Origin: Terriglobia bacterium
GTDB taxonomy: Bacteria; Acidobacteriota; Terriglobia; 20CM-2-55-15
Reading direction: 5' to 3'
DNA: 64,000 bases
Assembly: GCA_965218585.1 (NCBI GenBank)
Contig: CBDCLE010000002.1
Span: 64,001 to 128,000, forward strand
Part shown: positions 42,156 through 49,497 of the stretch, piece by piece
Numbering within the stretch: the stretch's first letter is position 1
How the letters are laid out: each line of letters begins with the position of its first letter
The notes under the pieces: generated by a model
What the model was told of the DNA's origin: nothing
Seen by the model: the letters and a program-made list of their open reading frames with translations, nothing else
Databases searched by the model: none
Program-made: the position numbers and the translations under genes

Positions 42156-42468
42156 AACGGCCTCCTTAACAATAGTGCGTGTCGCAAGTCCGCTTCCGGA
42201 CGGTATGGAATGGAATTTCGATTCTTGGATGAGCTGGATCACGTTCTTGGTCCGGAGTTCGTTAGAATGCAGGAGAGCCTTGCCGAGATCCAGGCACTCA
42301 GTCGAATCTTGCAGGACTGAAAGTCCTCAACTCCTCCAAATTGTCTCGTTCCGATCGTCACTCTGGTCTGCCGTCATGCCGCGCAACTGCGATGATTCGT
42401 GATATCCGGGCGAAGTTCCGAGATGAACGGCAGTGCTCACGAACTCACTGAAGCCTGACTGTGGGTCA

Positions 42469-43077
42469 TCAGCGAAGCTCTGTGCCTCCCCTTCGGTCGT
42501 CAGTAACAAACTTGTCCCTGGCGGGCATCTCGACCCGTGGGAGCGTGTCGGCGTTCATCACCGCGTCCTCGCTGATAATGTCATTCAGATAGAGAAGATA
42601 AGCGGTCAGGCTGTAGACCTCGTTCGGTTCGAGTGTGCCTGGCGCGTCGAACGGCATCGCGCGGAAGGTGTAGTCGTACAGGGTAGTAGCAAACGGCCAG
42701 TAGTTACCGATCGTTCTTGCGAGCGAGGGCTCGTTGCCGAACGGAAATCCTTCACGTGGCTCTCGTCCGACGAGCTGATCGAACGGCTGGCCCTCGCCGT
42801 TCGGGCCGTGGCACATCCCACACTTTTCGATGTACAGCTGTTGACCCTGCTCGGCGGTGCCGCTGCCAGCCGGCAGGCCCCGGCCGTCTGGTGTGACGTC
42901 GATATCCCAGGCCGCGATCTCAGCTTCCGTGGCAGGGCGGCCGAAACCGAACCGCTGCGGCTGCTGTTCGGTGCCCTGCTGGGCCTGCATGTAGATCGGA
43001 ACTGCCAACAGCACGACACCCAATGCCCTCACCACGCTTACGCCGAAACCGACGCGTACAAGTCGATACCTTGACAT
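42469..43077 (-). CDS. Cytochrome c, SoxD/SorB-like
   Basis: EIAAWDIDV.PDG.GLP.GSGT, CGMCH, TIGNYWPFATTLYDY..RAMP. Confidence 0.88.
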   Translation of the reverse strand: MSRYRLVRVGFGVSVVRALGVVLLAVPIYMQAQQGTEQQPQRFGFGRPATEAEIAAWDIDVTPDGRGLPAGSGTAEQGQQLYIEKCGMCHGPNGEGQPFDQLVGREPREGFPFGNEPSLARTIGNYWPFATTLYDYTFRAMPFDAPGTLEPNEVYSLTAYLLYLNDIISEDAVMNADTLPRVEMPARDKFVTDDRRGGTELR

Positions 43078-43170
43078 CAATCCGTTACTCCATCCGGGTC
43101 GCAATCTGCGGTGGTGAGGAAGCTCATTCAGTTTTCAGTTCTCAAGTGGCTGTGGCCCCGAGCTCCGCTC

Positions 43171-44436
43171 CTACCCATCCACCGCAAACACCGTCGACCC
43201 ATCCTGGCGCACACGGCACCCACGGATGTGGTTGTAGTGATAGCTCGTGCCGATACCGCGCACGGCAATCAGCTCGTCGAGCGTCGGCTGCACGTAGCCC
43301 GTCTCGTCAGTCGCGCGGCTCAGGATGACGGTTTCCTCTCCCTGCCAGTTGAACACCGCGCGAAACCGCGTGTGGCAGATCGGCAGCACCGGATCCTGTA
43401 GCTGGGCGTCCTGCCACGTACGGCCACCGTCGGTCGTGATCTCGACCCGCACGATCCTGCCGCGGCCGCTCCACGCCAGCCCGGAGATCTCCCACCACCC
43501 GCGCTCGGATAACGTATCGGGGTAGGCTGGGAATGTGATGATCGACTTTGCGTCCATCGTGAAGCTGAATTGACGCGCCGTGCCGTCCGGCAGCGGGTCG
43601 GTGTACTTGGACGTTTCCTCGCGCGTCATGAAGGCCTCGTCGCCGACTTCGATGCGACGGATCCACTTGATGCTGGAGTTGCCTTCCCAGCCCGGCAGGA
43701 ACAGGCGCACCGGATATCCCTGCTCCGGCCGCAGCGCCTCACCGTTCTGCCCATACGCAATCAGCGCGTCATCCATCACCTTGGACATCGGGATACTGCG
43801 CGTCATGACCGCTGCGTCGGCACCTTCCGCCAGGATCCACGTGGCTTCAGCAGGCACCCCAACCTCCTGCATGAGCGTCGCCAACGGCACGCCTATCCAT
43901 TCGCTGGTGCTCGTCAGGCCGTCGACCGCCTGGGGCGTGCGTTCCTCGGTCGCGCGGTCGCGATAGGAGCCGCCGCCGTTGCCGGAGCATTCCATGAAGT
44001 GGATGACCGAGCGTGAGGGGAACCGCCTCAGATCGGCCACCGTGAACATCGTCGGCCGATCGACCATACCGTGGATGAGCAACGTGTGTCTTTCCGGGTC
44101 GATGTCCGGGATGCCACCGTGATGCCGCTCGAAGTGCAGGTCGGACGGCGTGATGATGCCGTCGAGATCCTGGTGCGGCGTACGGGAGCTGGTCGGCCGC
44201 TCGCTGGAGTACAGCCGCCTAGGCTGCTCGAATGCTGACCTCGTGCCCAGCTCACTGGCGCCTCGCCCTTGGACCTTAGTTGGATCGTCGGGCACCGTCG
44301 GCTGCTCTTGCTGCCGGGCATGCGCCTTGCCGAACGGCATGGCAGCCGTACCCAGGACGCTAGCCGTGCCTACCAGCATGGCGCGGCGACTGATCGGTTG
44401 CCGGGGGGAGCTGCTCCGGGTGATCTGCTTAGCCAC
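43171..44436 (-). CDS. soxC: Sulfite dehydrogenase molybdoprotein SoxC
   Basis: Tat SRRAML; GIITPSDLHFERHHGG, ECSGN, EQGYPVRL..PGWEG, REETSKYTD; GTG start with GAGGAG RBS. Confidence 0.9.
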   Translation of the reverse strand: MAKQITRSSSPRQPISRRAMLVGTASVLGTAAMPFGKAHARQQEQPTVPDDPTKVQGRGASELGTRSAFEQPRRLYSSERPTSSRTPHQDLDGIITPSDLHFERHHGGIPDIDPERHTLLIHGMVDRPTMFTVADLRRFPSRSVIHFMECSGNGGGSYRDRATEERTPQAVDGLTSTSEWIGVPLATLMQEVGVPAEATWILAEGADAAVMTRSIPMSKVMDDALIAYGQNGEALRPEQGYPVRLFLPGWEGNSSIKWIRRIEVGDEAFMTREETSKYTDPLPDGTARQFSFTMDAKSIITFPAYPDTLSERGWWEISGLAWSGRGRIVRVEITTDGGRTWQDAQLQDPVLPICHTRFRAVFNWQGEETVILSRATDETGYVQPTLDELIAVRGIGTSYHYNHIRGCRVRQDGSTVFAVDG

Positions 44437-44609
44437 TGATGTCTCCTCAAGATTTACATTGGGTGATTCGCGTAGGATACCGGGAATATACCATGGAGCG
44501 CATGTGAGTGGCGAACCACCAGTGCTACTATCTGCTGGGTTCACTTCATGCTCACTCGGGCTCGGAGACACGGGTGGGACTGACAGGCAAGAAGACCTAA
44601 AAACTCGCT

Positions 44610-44653
44610 AAAGAATACTAAGGGAGGGGTTTGTAAGCAATCAGAAGGTCAAC
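44610..44653 (-). promoter_or_regulatory. Module promoter block (copy 2)
   Basis: Exact 44-bp repeat of 41115-41158. Confidence 0.7.
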
Positions 44654-44670
44654 GCTTGTATTTAGGCCAA

Positions 44671-44710
44671 TTCTCAACGTCCGACAAGATGATTTATCAG
44701 GCGTTGAGAA
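44671..44710 (+). repeat. Island site I
   Basis: TTCTCAACGTCCGACAA-GATGAT-TTATCAGGCGTTGAGAA (39/40 identical to H). Confidence 0.9.
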
Positions 44711-44725
44711 TCATTTCATGGTCGT

Positions 44726-44779
44726 TTAGGGAACCGGGACCCGCTCCCTCAGTTCTCCAAACCAGTTGAGAACAACGTA
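44726..44779 (-). pseudogene. Kinase C-terminal remnant
   Basis: YVVLNWFGELRERVPVP-stop. Confidence 0.7.
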
Positions 44780-44843
44780 GGTCGAACGGCAACTCCCATC
44801 GCTCGTACGAAACACGTAAACGCTATTAGGCGGCAGGGAATGA

Positions 44844-45239
44844 CTATGTGGCAACCGGTTGCCACGTCACAAGCGCCACCTGCCACTCGCCGCCCGTCCT
44901 CCGTAGGATCCATAGATGCGTTCCCGCCGTAACCCTCACCTCGGAGCTTCCTGCAGCGGCATAGCGCGTGCTGTAAGTACTAGTCTTGTACGCGAACGAA
45001 TCGCTCCCACGAATCTGGATGTCGGCCGTCTGGATTTCTCGAATCTCGACACCCGGCTCTGCCAACAACTCTCTAGCCGCTACCTTGCCAACAAGTAGCT
45101 CCGAGTTAGGAACAAGCCACTGCACGTCGTCGGTGCATAGTTGCAGCACCCCCAGAACATCTCCGTCCAACTCCCTGGCGATCCACCGATCGTGAAGGTT
45201 TCTAATTTCCTGAAGATCTCGGTGGGATAGGTCGGACAT
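44844..45239 (-). CDS. NTF2-like / SnoaL-like (DUF4440) protein
   Basis: W....GD....L.TDD...P...GK; WILRR..GEWQV. Confidence 0.75.
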   Translation of the reverse strand: MSDLSHRDLQEIRNLHDRWIARELDGDVLGVLQLCTDDVQWLVPNSELLVGKVAARELLAEPGVEIREIQTADIQIRGSDSFAYKTSTYSTRYAAAGSSEVRVTAGTHLWILRRTGGEWQVALVTWQPVAT

Positions 45240-45308
45240 GGCCTCACCCGTGACACATCCTACCGTTACGTGCAACACAAGCTGTCACGAACTGAACCTT
45301 TCGATGTT

Positions 45309-45347
45309 TCACTGCACCGGAACCCGTTCCTTCAGTTCTTCAAACCA
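45309..45347 (-). pseudogene. Kinase C-terminal remnant
   Basis: WFEELKERVPVQ-stop. Confidence 0.7.
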
Positions 45348-45599
45348 GGGTCGAAAGTCGTTCCGAACCAGACTGGACTCCAGGCTGGTAAGTTCATGAC
45401 TTTCATAGCATTTCGCGGAGCTAAGCGAAGCGTGCAAAAAGTGGATGCCTGAACTCACTCCACCGGCACGCGCTCGCGCAGCTCTTGGAACCAGTTCTGG
45501 GCGATGTTGATTCGAGGTGTGGAGCAGCGGCACGGACTGCTCCGGCAACGTCGTTCCTCCAACTACAGAGGAACGATCTATCGCCCCGTTTTTCCGGCT

Positions 45600-45995
45600 T
45601 TACTGCCCGGGATTACGAATGTTGAAGACGCGGCCGTCCTCGGTGGTCACCTGATAAATGAGGACGCCTCTCATGCCGTTCGCATGCGGGGGATTACCCG
45701 AAACGGTAATTCGAGTGCCGGGCGCGATCGTGTCGTTGCCGGCGTAACCGGCTTCTCTCATGCCCTGTAGCGAAGCCGAGGTTCCTACCCACCGCTCGCC
45801 GTTTTCGTCGGTCCATGCGAGCTGCGAATGTGGGTTCATTATCCTAGCTCCCACCAGGGTTCCGGCTACCTCTATCTGAGCCTCGGTATTCCAAAACGTC
45901 GTAACCGAGTGGTGTGCGACGGCAGAGACACTCAGCGAAACAAGGATCCCCACCGCCCACAATGCTGAAACCCAAGTACGAATTCTCATGACCAT
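45600..45995 (-). CDS. DUF6152-like exported protein
   Basis: AVAHHS, NPH. Confidence 0.75.
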   Translation of the reverse strand: MVMRIRTWVSALWAVGILVSLSVSAVAHHSVTTFWNTEAQIEVAGTLVGARIMNPHSQLAWTDENGERWVGTSASLQGMREAGYAGNDTIAPGTRITVSGNPPHANGMRGVLIYQVTTEDGRVFNIRNPGQ

Positions 45996-46054
45996 TACTC
46001 CTAATGTTCTCATCAAGGTTGGTCTAGGACTCTTGAGCCCTCACCACATTCTCA

Positions 46055-46873
46055 CTACCGATTGATGGAAATGTCGGCACCATATGGATCCGGAACCGTC
46101 CCTTCCACTTCGAACAGGTTATATTCCGGATCGCAGTTATACACGCCCATCGGCACATGTTCAGCATCCCGCGTCATCATGTGGCTCCACGTAAAAGGCC
46201 TCAACAGCATGAGAGGATCCTCGAGCGTGATGGTCACTCTCATTGTGTCCTCGTCCAGCAACATATAACGCTCAGTGACCTTTTTCATGTCCGAACTGGG
46301 AATATGGAGATGGTCGTCGATTCCATCCACGTCGAATGTGAAATTCGTCGTCTCGATAACGAATTCGTTGTCTCCCTCGAAGCGACCTCTCGAATACCCC
46401 GTAAACCAGGAATCCCTGGGGTGTGGGGCATCTCGCCCGTCCATCCAGACGTGGCGGGTGTGCCAGTAGTAACTCTGTATGATCTGCAGTTCGACCTCGG
46501 ACACGAATCTCCACGTGTGGATCATCCCATCCAACGCGGCGGGTACCGTCGGCGGTTTGCAGTGCCATTTCGGTGAGAGGTATTCATCGCGGCGAAAGAT
46601 CTCCGTTAAGGCCAATGCCCGAGGGCTCAAGTAAGGTTCTAGGTCATTGTACGGAATCGAACACCGGATCACGGGGTTGCCCACTGTATTCGTAAGATGC
46701 CCACAGGCTTCAGACTGATTGAAATCGTTACCCATGATATTCCACGACCCGTGGAAGGCCGGCGGCCACGAATTTGCCTGGGCCTTGAGGTCCTCGGTGC
46801 CCACCAGCGTGACGGCGGTTAGCAAGGCAAGTGTTGCCAACAAACTCCACGCTTTTTGTGTCCATGAATGCAT
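46055..46873 (-). CDS. DUF6152-partner exported protein (closest to 5446-6318)
   Basis: SPKWHC, RHVWMDGR, GYSRGRFEG, ETTNFTFD.DG.DD, YNCDP. Confidence 0.75.
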   Translation of the reverse strand: MHSWTQKAWSLLATLALLTAVTLVGTEDLKAQANSWPPAFHGSWNIMGNDFNQSEACGHLTNTVGNPVIRCSIPYNDLEPYLSPRALALTEIFRRDEYLSPKWHCKPPTVPAALDGMIHTWRFVSEVELQIIQSYYWHTRHVWMDGRDAPHPRDSWFTGYSRGRFEGDNEFVIETTNFTFDVDGIDDHLHIPSSDMKKVTERYMLLDEDTMRVTITLEDPLMLLRPFTWSHMMTRDAEHVPMGVYNCDPEYNLFEVEGTVPDPYGADISINR

Positions 46874-46964
46874 GGTTGCTGCTCCTTGTACTTGTTGCGG
46901 GTTCAGAGTTTGTATATCACCACAATGTCAAATATCCAGCATGAAATTGTGGGCCCGCGGCCTC

Positions 46965-47363
46965 CTACGGTGCCGGCTCCGGATCCGGCCCTCCGCCGTA
47001 TCTCCTCCCGTCGGGAAGAGTGATTGAGGACAACTGGCCCGCGAGGGCTTCCGTAACGGAAGGAAAAGCGACAACGGTCACTTCTTGACCGACCGGCAAG
47101 GTCACTGGGGTAAAACCCGTAAAGATGAAGCCGCGAATGGAACCGCCTTCGAGAGCCCAATTGAGCACTTCGCCCCCTTCGTCCTTCACGTCGATATAGA
47201 GTGACGCATGGGGACTCCGTAGGACGAACTCCGTGACGGTGCCGCGCAATGTGACCGGATTCCTCCTGTCAACCGATAGTGGTGTCGAGTGATGCCCGTC
47301 GAGCGATCCAGAGAAGATAGACAGGACGGCAAACAAGCCGAAAACCGTGGCCAACCTTTTCAA
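46965..47363 (-). CDS. DUF6152-like exported protein
   Basis: TTG start with GGAG RBS; GHHS, SPH, WALE. Confidence 0.75.
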   Translation of the reverse strand: MKRLATVFGLFAVLSIFSGSLDGHHSTPLSVDRRNPVTLRGTVTEFVLRSPHASLYIDVKDEGGEVLNWALEGGSIRGFIFTGFTPVTLPVGQEVTVVAFPSVTEALAGQLSSITLPDGRRYGGGPDPEPAP

Positions 47364-47419
47364 CAGGTAGTCTCCAATTACCGCAGATTCCTCTCCGGTT
47401 TTCTCGTGAGTCTGTCTGT

Positions 47420-47593
47420 AGGACGTTCAAATCGGGCAAGCCGATCAGCATCCTCGGCAAACTCCTCAGGCGTTGTCTTAATAGCCACCTCACGCCCGAG
47501 CTTCGTGTCCCGAGCACGCCACACCTCACCCATTCCACCCTTCCCTAAGAGCGTTGAGATCTCGTAGTGGCCGAGTTTGGTGCCGGATTCCAT
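47420..47593 (-). pseudogene. N-terminal fragment of a Hanks-type Ser/Thr kinase
   Basis: [46 protein letters not shown], then homology stops. Confidence 0.92.
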
Positions 47594-47678
47594 GTCTTTA
47601 GAGTGTTGTGCGGTCACAGACCGCACCTACAGAAATTCCGGCTAAATATAACTACAGGTGGGAGTTATTCGCAAGAAA

Positions 47679-47717
47679 AGTCTCAAGTCCTCGCAAACGA
47701 TCTTCTCGGACGTTGAA
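47679..47717 (-). repeat. Island site K (inverted; last copy before core genes)
   Basis: Reverse strand TTCAACGTCCGAGAA-GATCGT-TTGCGAGGACTTGAGACT. Confidence 0.88.
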
Positions 47718-47890
47718 CTTTGCTTGGATCCGACCAGAGTCCTTCAGGTCAATGTTTTCCTGGAGTTGAGGTACCCGGGGGTTCCTAGAATCGGTCAACT
47801 ATATATTCCCCCTCGAACACACGTTCCTGACCATCAGCGCAGGAAGTGAGGAGTTCACATGAGGTTCGGAGAGGGATCGGCCGCGGGGAT

Positions 47891-48151
47891 CTAAACTTCG
47901 GGAGAGCGGGTGAAGAGTTCGACCATATAGTCGTTGAGGTTCCCGTACAACAATCCCTGGAAACTCCATCTGAACTGAGGATGACCGATTTCTCGTTCTG
48001 TCAGAGTGAAATGATACTCAGTCGAATGAACCTCTCGGATCTTGGAGCGCACACACACATCGACACCGTCCGCTGATTCCTCTGCCGAAAACTCGAAAAA
48101 AGGATGCTCGTAGAGTTCTAATTCAAGCAGGACCTTTCTCTTCAAGTCCAT
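47891..48151 (-). CDS. Small hypothetical protein
   Basis: MDLKRKV start coupled (TGATG) to the upstream stop. Confidence 0.6.
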   Translation of the reverse strand: MDLKRKVLLELELYEHPFFEFSAEESADGVDVCVRSKIREVHSTEYHFTLTEREIGHPQFRWSFQGLLYGNLNDYMVELFTRSPEV

Positions 48152-49497
48152 CAGCCAGCCACAAACCCTTCGCGTCTTTGCGCCTTTGCGGCAAAGATCT
48201 GCGCCTCTGCAAGTCTCGGTTCGGCATCTCTGATGACTCTTTGCATTTTCTTCTCGATTCGTTTCTTCCGGGCTTCTAAACGGGCGCGGCGGCGTTCCAT
48301 CCATGACAGGCCGGCGGTCCGGTCCAAAGCTTCATCGAGCACCTTTGACGCTGCCTCCAGGTCCTTACCATGATATTCGTGAAAGATAGAAGCGCCTTCG
48401 TACCCGACGATGCTGAACTCGGAACGCTGCATCAACTCCTCACACCTCTGGAAGGAACGGGTGTGTTCTCCCATTCGCCGGTAGAGTACAGACAGACGTT
48501 CTAAAATCCGGACCCGCACTTCGGGGGGCAGTGGCGAAGCCAACGCTATTTCAAAACAGCGAACGCTTTTGGAGCGATTTCTAGCCTTGTCGAACACCCT
48601 GCCCAGGGAATAAACGTCCAGGGCGTCGTCCAGTGGCGCCGGCTCACGAACAACCCCGTCTGCCGCATGAATAGCAAGCGCGGCCAGGGAGAGGATGTCG
48701 TAGACGTGATGGGAGAACACCCTTGTGAGGGTCGTCGCATCGGACGACTGCAAATAGTCAAAATAAGCTCTGGGGATCATCGAACCAGGAATGTCCGGAC
48801 CACGCCCGAACCCGACGAGCTTCTCTTCAAGCGCGGTCAACCGGCAGCTCCCGTGACCGGCCCGCCATAACCTGCGTGCTATGAACAGAAGATCGAAGTG
48901 AGACATGTGCTCGAAAGGACTTTCGAGACGTGACAGGACGCAGCGGTTCCGAACCAGCGGCAGGTCAAATGTCCGGCCGTTGTAGGTCACGATCAGTTCG
49001 AATCGCTCGAGGAACTCACCGAGGGCCAGTAACATCGACCCTTCCTCGTCGAAATCGCGTATGAAATATTGAACAACGTGAAACTGATCTCCGCTAAAGA
49101 AGCCCATTCCTATCAGAAACGGGCACATGCCCACACCACCGTGCACACCCGTCGTTTCCGTATCCAGAAAGACGATTCGCTCTCGGTCCAGGTTCTTATG
49201 CGAACAACCGGCAAGATCGAGCAACACAGAAAGGTCGTCGACCGACAATCGATCCAGACGGACGTTACCGTGAAAGTGAGGGTCGGGATATGAATTCGTA
49301 ATGACGTAGTGTTCGCCTTGAGCGGTCGATTCGATTCGGCCATCGGGCAAGGAACACATAGGTGGGCCAGAAATTCTCGCGCGAGAAGTTTCGGAACCGG
49401 GAGGGTCTTTGAGAAATTTGAGCTGATCGGAAATCGAAAACCGAGGCGAAGCAGTCTCACCTCTAAGACGGTTCAGCGCCTTTCGAAACTGGGTCAT
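48151..49497 (-). CDS. YprB/MrfB-like RNase H-like exonuclease with TPR-like C-terminus
   Basis: FLDTETTG, TYNGRTFDLP, HFDLL..ARR.W, DIPG..IP..Y, H...D. Confidence 0.88.
   Translation of the reverse strand: MTQFRKALNRLRGETASPRFSISDQLKFLKDPPGSETSRARISGPPMCSLPDGRIESTAQGEHYVITNSYPDPHFHGNVRLDRLSVDDLSVLLDLAGCSHKNLDRERIVFLDTETTGVHGGVGMCPFLIGMGFFSGDQFHVVQYFIRDFDEEGSMLLALGEFLERFELIVTYNGRTFDLPLVRNRCVLSRLESPFEHMSHFDLLFIARRLWRAGHGSCRLTALEEKLVGFGRGPDIPGSMIPRAYFDYLQSSDATTLTRVFSHHVYDILSLAALAIHAADGVVREPAPLDDALDVYSLGRVFDKARNRSKSVRCFEIALASPLPPEVRVRILERLSVLYRRMGEHTRSFQRCEELMQRSEFSIVGYEGASIFHEYHGKDLEAASKVLDEALDRTAGLSWMERRRARLEARKKRIEKKMQRVIRDAEPRLAEAQIFAAKAQRREGFVAG

Noticed and set aside
44780-45290. attC-like remnants around the NTF2-like gene (GCCTAATA / CGGTAGG on the minus strand)
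   Set aside because: Too degenerate, and no pairing L boxes
30785-47717. Repeats as a CRISPR array
   Set aside because: Spacing is mostly 0.8-3.5 kb with whole genes between, both orientations occur, and there is no cas operon
30785-47717. Repeats as classical integron attC sites or chromosomal dif
   Set aside because: Only ~40 bp, AAC/GTT ends present in just some copies, no IntI in the window, no TTATGTTAAAT-like XerD arm, and too many copies for dif
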